From Heteronotia binoei (lineage: Eukaryota), in NCBI RefSeq assembly GCF_032191835.1, contig NW_026799990.1:62001-126000 (forward strand): DNA of 64,000 bases, read 5' to 3'. The translations under genes were made by a program, and so were the position numbers. Below the pieces are notes generated by a model, which did not search any database, was not told the origin of the DNA, and saw nothing but the letters and a program-made list of their open reading frames with translations. Below are positions 12,751 to 24,921 of the stretch, one piece after another; position 1 is the first letter of the stretch; every line of letters begins with the position of its first letter.

Positions 12751-14989
12751 CACATTCCTTTCGAAAGCACCTAGCTTTTGCTTTTTTGATAATCAAATGG
12801 AAAATCAGCAAGCTAGCCAAGGAACTGAGTAAAGCACAGAATTCACAGAGTTTTGTTTTGTTTTGAGCATACAATGCAGTCTTCATGTATAGGAAAGAGC
12901 CTCACAGATTTTACCAGGCTTCCCTACTAATGATGCTAATCTGTCATCATTGTACAAAAGCCTGTATCCCCAGTCCCTATCTTCAACTCATTCAAGAACA
13001 TTTAATGCCAATATTAATGATTTCATCACCTTGGCAAAAGGCAAGCATCCTGAATACAAGGAAAGAAGCTTGGTCACTCAACAGGCCATCAAAGACTATT
13101 CATTTCCAACAAAAGGACACTTTAAAGATACAGCTGCTTGCTAAAGGATCAAAGGAACATATTTGAAAGCCTCAGCTGAATTCTCAAAGACGATATCAAA
13201 TAGTTTAAAAATTCCTCACCAGGGTTTTTATGTCTGTGCAATACAAACAGAAAAAAGAAAGCCCTTTGCTTTTCCTTTTCTTTAGCAAGTAATTAGGCCA
13301 ATGATCTACTTTTCATCAGTGACATTTTACACCAAGCACCACTATGCCTTCATAAGCCTAAGTGAATGTTTCCACAGACAAAATATAGGTTTATGCATCT
13401 AACAAAGTGGGCTCTAGCCCATCAAAACTTGTGCTTTCTTTTCATTTTTAGCTCTATGATCAGCAATCTTGCTATGTGGAAGAATGTAGATTCAAGGCAG
13501 TGTAGTCCTTTAGAGGGGCTCACGGTTTAATGGTGCCATTTCTATTGAGCAACAAGCACTTTTCTGATCAGATTGTACAGGGGACACTTGATTTCTCTTT
13601 ATACATGTACTGAGCAATTAACATGTTACATTGAATGCATGCACAGCTGAACATGTGAATGAAACCCCAGATTCATCCCGGTTCTAATCCCTGGTTTCAT
13701 TTGTAAAGTAAATGTACATTGGCTCTTTCTTACAAACTGATGCACATACATATATGCAAGATGTACATGCATTCACAGTGATGTGTGAAATGGGTTGTGT
13801 CACTATTATATGCACTGATGCTACAAATCCCAAGCAATAGGCTGTAAGTGACCTATCACTCTCCCCACCCATAATCTGAAGTGCTGCAAACTCCTGTCTT
13901 CTGTATTCTGTCACTAACAAAGAAGAGTTACAGTTTTATTGAGAGTAAAGATATCATGAGTCAGCAAGTGTGAGCCCCAGAAGAGATTCTCACTGCTGTA
14001 GATCCTCTTGCTGGATTGGGACAATGAGTTCAAAAAAAATGCTGACAGTACAATCCTAACCACAGTTACATACCTCTAAACCTATTGACTTCAATGATTT
14101 TAGGTGTAACTTTGATAGCACTGTGAGAAGGGCTTAAAATGCAGCAACTAGAGCTGTGTACATAGCTGCCCTTGCTGGATAAGATTTGCATGTAGATTTT
14201 AGCCCATATCCAGAATGTAGTCCAACACTATTAGCTAGTGTTTTCAAATTAAATGATCAACTGTTTCAAGACTAAGGCAATATTCAGCCCATTGCTCACA
14301 TCTGTGCACTGGGGCAGTGGGCCATAGGTGTTTGTTTGCCACACAATGACATCTGTATAACCCAAGAATAGCCAATGATTGTCTGGAATGCAGTTTTTGC
14401 AATGGTTTTGAGGACTCACCCAGACAAACTGGGAGTCCTAGAAATGGAGAACACAGAGTGGACTAATCAATGATATCAGTTTGTTCTGCTTTTTATCAGG
14501 AAGCTTGAGAGGAATGCTTGCAATTACCTCAAAGTTGTCTGGACAGTTTTAGTTGGTCTTTTTCTTACATTTCGAAAATGGAAAACCGATCCATTACAGA
14601 AATCCCAAACAAAGGCTAATGCATATAATCCGGTTAAATTCAAGAGCATGAAAATCTGTGTTATCAGAATATGGAATGACAACTACTCCTACCATAGCTA
14701 AGAATTTTGGGGATAATGTCTAAGCATCCTCTTAGCAATGGCAAGGTACAGATGGCCAAGAAGTTTAAGTGTGCATGTGTTTTTTTAAGTCTTTTAAAAA
14801 AAACTTTTAAGAAATCGTAGTTGTCCCCATTTTAACCTAGAGCTAACTAGCTGCACATTGATTATAGGGCAAGATCTATATTAGTGATTATTGTTCACAA
14901 TGAAATGAGTAAAAAGAGGGCCTGCCCATTTGACAGGGATTTTAACGTGAAACCAAAACAAAGCAGATGATTTTTTTACTAGTGTTTCT

Positions 14990-17430
14990 TCAGCGCCACT
15001 AAAAATAGATTTGACCCTTTAATGCTATAGAGTCAGGTGGAGGCTGAGGACAGATCTTGCTCTCGGAACCAAAATGATTAATTTATCTCAATGGAGAAAG
15101 ATAATATGACAATTACTGATGAGAATATTTCAAAGAAGTGCCAAGATCTCAGTCTGCAAGCATTGCAAACTACACTTATAGCAAACACATTGAAAGTTAT
15201 CTATCAGAAGCTTGAGTTCATTACAGATTATCTTTTAAAGATAAAACCATTGGACCAGGAACATTCATTACAAGGACACAAGAAGCCCCTTTATTCAGAT
15301 ATGGGTAAAAAGAACAAAACATGCAGTGAAAGGCCTCTGAATAACAAGAAAAGGTCTTATTCCCTTTCTCTTTCCAAGAAACAAAAATGAGCTCCAGGTG
15401 AATAACCTTCAGATTGTAATGACTATTTTCCCCTTCAAAGGAAAATTGATAAACTGGTAGGATATACCAGTAGGATATACCAAGTAGGATATACCAGTTT
15501 CCTCTATTAATCAAAAATTTACTGAAAAGCTACAAGGGCCAATCTGGGGGGAGAGATATATTTTAAGTTTTTTCTTACTTAGGACCCCAGCAATGATGTT
15601 CAATAGGGCCGCTTGTTTTAAATCCAACTCTCACATTCCTTATTCAATCCGAGCAAAAAGCCACTTATCATGTCTAGTCCCATTTAAGGATAGGAAAACT
15701 ATTCACTCAAAGAGAATTCAACCTTCTACTGAGTATAGATTCTTGATCGAATTCTCATCAACTAATAAAGTCCATGTTCATGAATCAGACTTATTTGACA
15801 GGATGACCTGTGAGAGTTTTAGTCAACCAGATGAAGCCAAAATCTTTTCCCCATTGCCATCTCCCTCAAAAGATAAGCAGATGGATCTAATGGATGCAAA
15901 TCTTGTTCCATCATTTCATTCCTTTCCCATTGAGGAACAAGACAATATTATTGCCTGATTCCAGAAACTCCAACATACACCAGTACGAATTAAGCAGGAT
16001 CGAAACCAAGTAACCAATCCAAAAAAGGTATCATCAAATGACCCATAGAGGTCCCCTAATCCTTAGCCAGCCCCCTAGATTGTAACTACCTATTTCTTAC
16101 TGGTAAGGAGACACATGCTCCAAGCCTGACAAGAGAGAAAATTCCTATCCCGTTTGAGCCCAAAATTATAATTAACCCAGAGAATACCCCCGAACTACCT
16201 GCATCAGATAATTCCATAGCCCAAAACTGACTAACAGGGACTTGCGGACTCCATAGTTTGAGTTGGAATATTGCTGACTGAACCTCAAGAGTTTGTTGTA
16301 AAGGCACTAAAACATTTATGGCCTCCTTTGATATTCTACTCCTTCAGGAGAATTGGCTAATGGATGAACCAGTCTTTCCTGATTACTGTACTCTCTTTCA
16401 GAGAACTACCATGGGCCCGGGGGAATGGGGCAGGCCACAAGGGGGTTTAGCCTGTTTAATCTCAACTAGATTGAGGGTGCATTCATCCTACACTAAATGT
16501 GTTTTACAAGTGGATTTTTGCTATTGTAAAAATCCAGTTGCAAAACACATTATTTAGTTAAGTGTGAATGCAATCTGAATATTGGACCTTGCAATCTTTT
16601 GGTGGCAGATGATTTTATTATTGCCTTCCTATTAAAGTTAGATTATGCAACAGTTATCCTTTCTTCTGTTTACATTCCTTCTCCACTCCTAGTATATAAG
16701 TCCAGGGATGGGATCACCTGGATAAAACTGTTGATGATTTGGAAGTTAATTTTCCAGAGACCCCTTCAGTACTAGCAGGGGACTTTAATGCAAAAATTGA
16801 CATTGATGATTATATGCTGTTGTCTAAATTATTAGAGTCTGAAAGTGATGAATTTCTTAGCCTTGTTTGGCATAATAGAAAATCTAAGGATAATGTAAGA
16901 AGTGGCTTGAAGCTAACTAAATTTGCAATTCAGAAAAACTTTATCCCTCTGAATGGCTGGTTTAAAACTGATGGAAACAGTGACTTCACTTACATGAGTC
17001 CCAAAGGAGTCAGTGTAATAGAGTATATCTGGCCCCCACCTGTATATCTCCCCCATTTTAAGTTCTTAAAAGTTGATGACTTCTTGGGAAGTGATCACCT
17101 CCCAGTCTTCAGATCTATAGACCTATCCTGCGAACACTATGCCATGTATGTATAAAACTTCTAGTTCAGATAAATATTTGGCCATTTTCCTGGCAGTCTG
17201 ATCAAGTCCAAGTGAGGCAGGAGAGCAAGTATAAAATTGGACAGGACACAGTTTATGAGATTCTAGATCTAAGATTCTCTGTTTGATAAATCTAAAATTA
17301 TAAGATTCATCAGATAAAAATCTTAATCTTAGTTTAGCCTTTTATGCTTTGAACAGACATATCTGATTGTTGTTTGGTTGACAAGTCTCTGTATATCTCT
17401 TTTCATGCCAACAAAGGTGTGATTGGATTG
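14990..17430 (+). mobile_element. Degenerate APE-type LINE (ORF1 plus endonuclease; clade uncertain, RTEX/Vingi/L2-like)
   Basis: KNRFDPL motif and coiled-coil-like ORF1 remnants at 15000-15960. APE motifs DILLLQE.W, GRPQGGLACLI, LAGDFNAKI, LNG...FTY.S..G.SVIEY, GSDHLP at 16318-17155. No RT domain seen. Confidence 0.7.
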
Positions 17431-17463
17431 GTATAAAAATTCTATTTATATTATTCACAACAG

Positions 17464-17556
17464 GCTTGGAAGTGGGTCTTAAGTCCTGTGATACTATACA
17501 TCTGTGAAAGGATGATAAGGTTGTGGAGGTTTCAGCAGGAAGTTGTTGTTACAAAG
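17464..17556 (+). CDS. NOX3: NOX3 exon 8 (93 nt)
   Basis: cag|GCT...AAG|gtgtgt. [31 protein letters not shown] (TM6); RFQQEVV is NOX3-like. Confidence 0.95.
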
Positions 17557-18986
17557 GTGTGTATATAGTCTTAACATTATTATCTATGTTAAAATCAAAA
17601 CATATAGTTATCTTGTTCATCAGAAGAAAATTCTGTCCTTTCTTTGATGGTGTTACTCATAGTTCATTTTCATTACCATATTCATGACTACTTCAGTACT
17701 CAGCTCTTAATATTGCTTTTAAAAAAAAACAGTTTTCCTGCAAGAATCTAAAACTGAGCTACAAGATATGCCAAATAACCATGTTAAAAAAGATAGAAGG
17801 GGTTTGTGAACTGTAAATAGTTATGCTTCCTGGAGCAAAGGGGGGTGCAAAAAAAAAACCCCAGGTATTTTTTGGGTTCAGCTATATTGAACCTGAAAAT
17901 GTTGATGATTTCTAATATTCCCAGATTCCATTATGAATTCAAGATTTCCAAACTTTTTTGGCTCTATTGTACCCTATGGGGACTGCTATAGTCATTTGTC
18001 TCCATAGGGCAAAATGGAGAATCGAGGCACTGAAACCCGGAAGACAAGTTTAACCATTCCTGGGTTATACCAAGAGGTGGAAATCACCATTACCATGTAG
18101 ACTGTCTTAGTAAATCTTCCTCTCCAGAATTCTCTGTTTGTTTCTTGTGAGACAAAAATGCCTTTTGTATACTGGTTCCAGCTCCCCACTAGATAGACAG
18201 ACATGAAAACAAACAATATAAAGCAGAGTAGCACTGAAAGACAAATATTTTAAAAAATTTACACACTTACTGTACATGATTCCAGAGACATCCATTATAA
18301 GAAGGCAACAACTTTGTTAGAATCAGGTCAAAGTCACTCCCAGCTCCTGTCTGAACAAAATACCACCAAATCCCCAATTGCCCGAACTGATATGATCCCT
18401 GAAATAACCACTCAACTTAAGTGCCACTCAACTTAAAATTACAGTTTCATTCTCTCACAACAGGAAGGATTTGTCTTGAATGAACCCTGAACAAATAGGT
18501 GGCTGAAGTATACAATGAAGCTGATCTCATGAACCCAGTGTAAGAGGGAAAGGGAGGCAGTGGGAGACCCTCATAAGAGAACTGCTCTATAGGTTTGTTG
18601 TTGTGTAACAACAAAGTTAAAATAATAAAATACTCTCAAGGAAATAAAAGGCTACGGTTCCTGAATAATAATCAGCCTGGTTTAAATAACTATATTGAAG
18701 CCTTAGGGCCACATACTTGTATTTTAGAAACCGTCAGGGTACCATCTCTATTATTACTGGACAGAAGATCAAGCAGATGGTAATTTCTACAATGACTGGA
18801 GAAGTACACTAAAAGATCAAAAATGCTTTCCAAGAAAAGAAAAAAAAATTGTTTAAGAAGTCTGAGAGACACAAGGTCAAAACCTTTGTTCACAAGGGAT
18901 ATTGGAGAATTTTCTGAATGGTTCTTTAGTTGGCAAAGCATTAAATTTAGCCAAAGAGAAATAACAGCAATAAAATGGAACAGAAC

Positions 18987-19461
18987 TAGGGTCCAGCTCA
19001 ATAAATATCTGGGAACTTTGGGGGGTGGAGCCAGGAGCAAGGTTGTGACAAGCACAACTGAACTCCGAAGGGTGTTCTGTTCATCACTTTTAAGATGCAC
19101 TCTTAAAATGCCTTTGTTTCATCGTAAATAATGGAGGATGGGGAACCTCTTTTGGGGCTCATAGAATTGGACCCCCTGGTCCAATCTTTTTGAAACTTTG
19201 GGGGGGGGGTTTGAGGAGAGGCACCAGATGCTATGCTAAAAATCTGGTGCCTCTATCTTAAAAAACAGGAGGCCCCAGAGCCCAAGATACCTACGGATCA
19301 ATTCTCCACCATACCCTATGAGAACCAGTTCCCATAGGGTATACTGAAGTGCCCAATGGACATTTTCTCCCCACCCCCTCCACTTTTTGATAACCCTGAA
19401 GCAAGGGGAGGGCCTCCAAACCAGGGGATTCCCTACTCCCAACTGGGGATTGGCAACCCTA
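18987..19461. mobile_element. hAT-type MITE (TAGGGTTGCCA-terminus family)
   Basis: Near-copy of 20030-20551; ends tggcaacccta. Confidence 0.85.
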
Positions 19462-19714
19462 AAAAAAAGTTATCTACTGCAAGCAAAAGAGATCCATGAT
19501 TAAAAAACAAACAAACAACTTCCACAAAGCAAGAGGCAGACATATTAAGTTCTGCATCAGATGTGAGAGAGAACCCATCTTAAATCTCAGGCCATTTCTG
19601 ATTAGATCAAAATACCAGAGCAAGTAGATGGGAAGTAGAAAATCCAAGATCTGGGATATTCGCATCTACTTTATGGCTCCAGTTACTCACAAAATGATCC
19701 AATCTGAGATGGTC

Positions 19715-19917
19715 AAGTATACAGTAGGGCCTGCAGTTCTCCCAGAATTACAAGTGATCTGCAGACTAAAGATATCAGTTTTCCTGGGGGGGGGAGAGTA
19801 GAATCTTTGGAGAGTAGAATCTATGATATCATATCCTTTCCCTCTCCAAACTTTGCCTTTCCCAGGTTCACCCCCCAGATCTCCAGGAATTTCCCAACCT
19901 GGAGCTGGCAACCCCCA
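19715..19917 (-). mobile_element. Short hAT-type MITE, same terminus family
   Basis: Reverse-complement similarity to 46039-46343; ends ctggcaaccc. Confidence 0.7.
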
Positions 19918-20029
19918 AATAGGAGAGGTAGAGAATTTGCAATAGACAAATTTAACCTGAACTTTACAGAAGTTGGTCCAGGCCAAGACAGCTAATTTTA
20001 TTCCAGCTTTGAGTTGAAAAGGAGAATAC

Positions 20030-20551
20030 TAGGGTTGCCAAGTCCAATTCAAGAAATATCTGGGGACTTTGGGGGTGGAGCCAGGAGACTTTGGGGGTGG
20101 AGCCAGGAGACATTGGGGTGGAGCCAGCAGCAAGGGCATGATAGGCATATTTGAACTCCAAAGGAAGTTCTTGCCATCATATTTAAAGGAGCTGCACACC
20201 TTTTAAATGCCTTCCCTCCTTTGGAAATAATGAAAGATAGGGGCACCTTCTTTTGGGGACGTAGAATTGGACCCCCTGGTCCAATTATTTTGAAACTTGG
20301 AGGGTATTTTGGGAAGAGGCGCTGGATGCTATGATACAAATTTGGTGCCTCTATCTCAAAAAACAGCCCCCCAGAGCCCTGATACCCACAGATCAATTAT
20401 CCATTATTCTATGGGAATCGATCTTCATAGGGAATAATGGAGTGGCCAGCAGACATTTCCCCCTCCCTTCTGCTTTCTGATGACCCTGAAGTGGGGGAAG
20501 GGCCTCCAAATCAGGGGATCCCCTGTCCCTACCTGAGGATTGGCAACCCTA
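20030..20551. mobile_element. hAT-type MITE (TAGGGTTGCCA-terminus family)
   Basis: Perfect 11-bp TIR TAGGGTTGCCA/TGGCAACCCTA; internal ggggtggagccaggaga repeats. Confidence 0.9.
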
Positions 20552-21159
20552 AGCTCAGAAGGCAAGTTCACCCAGTAACATTGCTTAGAACAGCAGCCTT
20601 AATTCAGCATGCCTACTTCAAAGAGCGCTCCCAAATCAGCGTGCACAAGGTTGGGGCAGCTCTCTTCAGCAGGAAACAGAGCCACTGCAATCTTTCTTGC
20701 GCCTCATAGGGAGTAAGCTCAGCTGAAACACTGGGATTTGCTTCCAAGTAAATGTGCAAAAAGAAGAAGATTATGAAGAAGTGGGATGACAGAATGCAAA
20801 GTGGCTGCAAATTGATCCCAGCAGGTTCTCTGTGTAAACGCCGGGATTGGGAAGAGAAAGAGAGGAGCCAGAAAGCGCGGGGGGGGGGGGGGCGTCAATC
20901 CTACAAGGGCTAGGCAGTATGCAGTTAACTTACCACTCCCCCCCTGCCCCGCTCCAGGAGGCCCTCCTACCTTTGTGTGCGTGACTGCAACCAAAGTTCC
21001 CTTCAGAAGATCAGACGAAGGGGGCTTTGAATCTTGAAAGCTGTTTATAACCCTAAAAATCTTGGTGGTCTCTTAAGGTGTTCCTGGACTCGGCTTGGCT
21101 CTTCTCGTGCAGAGGAGCTAAGCTCTCCACCTTAAGCAACTGCTCACAACGGAATCGCT

Positions 21160-21444
21160 CCCAGACGCCATACCCCCCACCCTGCTTCCACCTTTTTGGA
21201 AAGCGGGAGAGAAGGGGGCTAATCCTGGGGTCCCCCGCCAGGGCGGGAGATTTGGGAAGCCTAGAGAATACACAGGGCCTAGGGAAGGGTCTGGGGGAGG
21301 GAAGGAACTTCAATGGAGCCTGAGGAGGGAAGGGTCTGGGAGAGGGAAGGGATTTCAATGCAGTCCACCCTCCAGAGTTACCATTTTCTCCAGGTGAATG
21401 GATCAGTTATAATCTCCAACCACCACCTGGAGCTGGCAACCCTA
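21160..21444. mobile_element. Two adjacent hAT MITE fragments
   Basis: 21160-21263 is the reverse complement of the left end of 53439 (ttgggaagccta). 21265-21444 resembles 46039-46343. Confidence 0.65.
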
Positions 21445-22247
21445 ACAGGGCCCCCAAAACTTCACAGAGTCCTATATAATATCAGAACAGTGGTCAGTGA
21501 GGTACTTGCACAAGTCATGGTGTGTTGCAGATGGAAGTTCCAAGGAGAGGAGTAGAATAAGTAACACAGACTTGCTCAAACTGATAACTATCTAGAGGTC
21601 AGGATCATAGCTGTTGATGCCCTGACATAGAAAAAAACCCCATAATTTTTTATTCAGAATATTTAGTATGCAGCAATTTGTATACACCATAGGAGGGGAA
21701 AAAAGGTTTAAAGCATGTTGGGTACCCACTGGCAATAAAGAAGTACAGCATCTTCAGCATGTATTAATATAGGGATCAGAGGCCTACAAATCTTGCCACA
21801 TAAAGGTCAGATGTGGAAAGATTGTAAGGTAGATCAGACAAAAGCAGATCAAATAATCAAGGAGCTGGAACACATCCCTATTGGACCATATATGTAACAG
21901 GTATGGGATGAGTTGTGACCATGAGGATTGCAGTACACCTTCAAGGTAGATGAAGTGTGTAGTTGCACAATTAGACTGAGAAGCCTGATTGAAATTGTGG
22001 TTGAGGACAATTTCTTCCATAAGTATTTCCAGAAAACACAATCAAAGGCAGTTTGCAAATCAATGAATGCAGCACAAAGTTTCCCATTCTTATCTGATGT
22101 ATATTTACTAGCAGGATGAGCTAAGATGTGAACGTGATGCAGTGCTGTGCTGACTTTCCTGAGTCAATTTTTTTCAGGTTCCAGGACAGACGATTCCTGC
22201 ATCCAGGTCACTGACTTAAGAAGCAGATGGGTAGCATATAGTTTGCC

Positions 22248-22399
22248 CAGGGCTGTTTTTGTAGAAAAAGCCCAGCAGGAACTCATTTGCATATTAGGCC
22301 ACACACACTGATCACCATTGTTTCGCCCAGCAGGAACTCACTTGCATATCAGGTCACAGGAACTGTAATCCTGTGTGTTCCTGCTCCAAAAAAGCCCTG
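22248..22399. mobile_element. hAT MITE (CAGGGC termini) 151 bp upstream of exon 9
   Basis: TIR cagggct/agccctg, 8-bp TSD agtttgcc/agtttgct, octamer ATTTGCAT at 22285-22292. Confidence 0.85.
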
Positions 22400-22550
22400 A
22401 GTTTGCTCAAGGGTGAGAGAAGACTAATTGGATGATAACTCACAGTATCCTTTCTATCTGTCTTTGTATTGCCTTTGTGCCTGTTTTTGTGCTATCTTTT
22501 GATGAGCACAACCAATATACTGTGTTGAGTATATTTTAAATCTGGCTTAG

Positions 22551-22804
22551 GTAGTGTCTCATTCCTCTGGAGTTCTGGAGCTTCATATGAAGAAATGTGG
22601 TTTTAAGATGGCGGCTGGTCAGTATATCTTTCTTCAGTGCCCTTCGATCTCACTGTTGGAGTGGCACCCTTTCACTCTCACTTCAGCCCCTGAAGAGGAC
22701 TTTTTCAGTGTACATATAAGGTCAGTTGGAGATTGGACGGAAGCCCTTTTCAATGCCTTTGGAGCAAAGGAAAAAGTCTTTCAGGAGCCCTGGAAGCTAC
22801 CAAG
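22551..22804 (+). CDS. NOX3: NOX3 exon 9 (254 nt), FAD-binding domain
   Basis: cttag|GTA...AG|gtttga. [84 protein letters not shown](R), containing the HPFTLTS FAD motif. Confidence 0.97.
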
Positions 22805-23451
22805 GTTTGATAATTAATTGTACTATTGCAAATTATCATTTTTGTGTTGATTAGTTGAAGATTTGTGAAACTCTTTTACATATCAAAATACAGCATAAAT
22901 TATAGTTATAGCAAAATACAGTATTATCAGATCTTACTAGCAAAAAAAAATCCTTGATAATGCTTTACTCCAGGAAAGCTACTTAAAATATGTCACATTA
23001 TCAAATGATTTTTTTTTTCCTGTGGACATGATACATTCAATGATAAGCTCTTTTAAATCTCATTTTCCCCCAGTGGGACCATTAAGCTAACTCTTACTAG
23101 GAGAAAAAATTATTTATAATAAACTTTACTTCTAATAATCTACTGCTTCTGAGCAAATGTGCTTAATTATGTTGTACTGGTTTAGGAAAGTTTGAGTTAA
23201 AATCAGAAATGTTTTTTTTGTACAGACATGTTTAGATAAGCCAAGTTTAAAATATACCAAAAACTCACCACAAAACCCATACACAAATATTCCTATTCTG
23301 TTGTGCTGTGGCAACCTCTTGCTAATTTGTATATGTATTATTTCCTCTGACTTGGCCATGAAACCTTTTTATCTTTTCTAGGGATTATAAAATAGCACCA
23401 GAGACAACAGCAGAATGATCTCTTGTATGGAGATGCTGGATATTGACACTG

Positions 23452-23645
23452 AGGGCCAAACTAGACATGACAGTGTCTGTGGATCCATGGGCATGGCTTT
23501 TTCTGTACTTCAAAGGGTGCAATTAGGGAATTAGGGAGACTCAGTCCACCATGTTGCAGGTCTGAGCAAGACACAGCATTTTAAAATCCCTTTAAAATGA
23601 CAACAGTGTCCATGGGTTGGACCCCATCGCATCTAGTTTGGCCCT
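23452..23645. mobile_element. MITE with AGGGCCAAACTAGA TIR
   Basis: Perfect 14-bp inverted termini agggccaaactaga/tctagtttggccct. Confidence 0.7.
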
Positions 23646-23959
23646 ACATTTGAACCATCAAATATGTGTTTTTGTATATCTGCTTTCAGTATGCAAAAAG
23701 CAAACATGTTTTTGCAGTCTAACACAAAAGTAGTGATATTTATTCAAATACCTGCCAATTTACTAACAGTACTGGAGAATGCAAAGGGCTAAGTATACAT
23801 TTTATACTTTTTTTCTGGCTGCCCAGATAGGATTAAATTCAAATCCTGTATTTTAATAGCCTTGTGAATTTATGTTACTAAATCACCTCTAATCCAATGA
23901 ATCAAGGATTAGGTCTTGAAAATATTGTGTAAGAAAGAATAGATGACGCAAGTGGAAAT

Positions 23960-24270
23960 GTGCAACAAATTTGCAGGGAAGGTGCATCCCATCCCTGTTC
24001 CTTTGCTTCTTTTCATCTCCTGTCATCTCTAATAACTTTTTACCCCCTCTTTCCCACCCCTCCCCTTCTTTGACAATCTCTGCCTCTCTTTCCCACCCCT
24101 CCCCTTCATCATCAATCTCCCACTTCCAAATCATCCCCCCTCTACTTCTCCTCCCACTCCTTCTCCATCAAATTCCTTTTCTGCTCCCCCTTCTCTGAAA
24201 ATCTACCTCTTCTTTCTCCTCCTCTCCCCTTCTCTGGCAATATTCCTCCATCTGTCTCCCCTCCCTACCT
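23960..24270. repeat. CT-rich low-complexity polypyrimidine tract
   Basis: Repeated tctttcccacccctccccttc-type units. Confidence 0.8.
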
Positions 24271-24921
24271 TGACTGCCTGATACTGCTCGGAGAACCACT
24301 TGAAGGCTCAAACAGCAGGCAGGACCCTCAGGAGCTGCTGCATAGGTGGCAGGGCCTTGGGAGCCATGTTGTAAGTTCTGAGACTTCCTTTCTGTCAGTG
24401 TGAGCTGATCCATGGGTTTAAATATCTACAGATTGGCCTACATTTGAATATTAGATGTATAGAGAATTTGAAAAGGGGTGTTTAGTGCTAGTCATGCACA
24501 CAACTAGTCAAGTGCAGCAACTAGCTGCCATAGAGAATGGGAATTCTTGTGTCCAACAAAAGATGCATCCACCTAGCTCAATGGGATTTGAATGGACATC
24601 ACCTTATGCACCAGCACAATTTTACTTATTTGTTTATTGATGGCTTTTATTTATTACTCTCGTTTTTGACCACTTGGAGCTCTGTATTCACATCAAGCAG
24701 ATCTTTCTTTTTGGACTGGGATACATTTGTTCTAACCTGAAATCTTACTTTAACTCAAGACATTTTAATATGTATATGGATTAAATGCTGCAATATCATT
24801 TCATCCCCTTCTTCATATTTTCAGTCCTTCACTACATAGCAAGAAGTTCTCAAACTGAGTAGAAACATTTCTAAATTAAATCAGTTCTTCTGTGCTGTAA
24901 TCTGCACAGTATAGAAAATAA

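Noticed and set aside
21270-21350. G-quadruplex-like GGG tracts
   Set aside because: They are part of high-copy MITE internal repeats, with nothing locus-specific.
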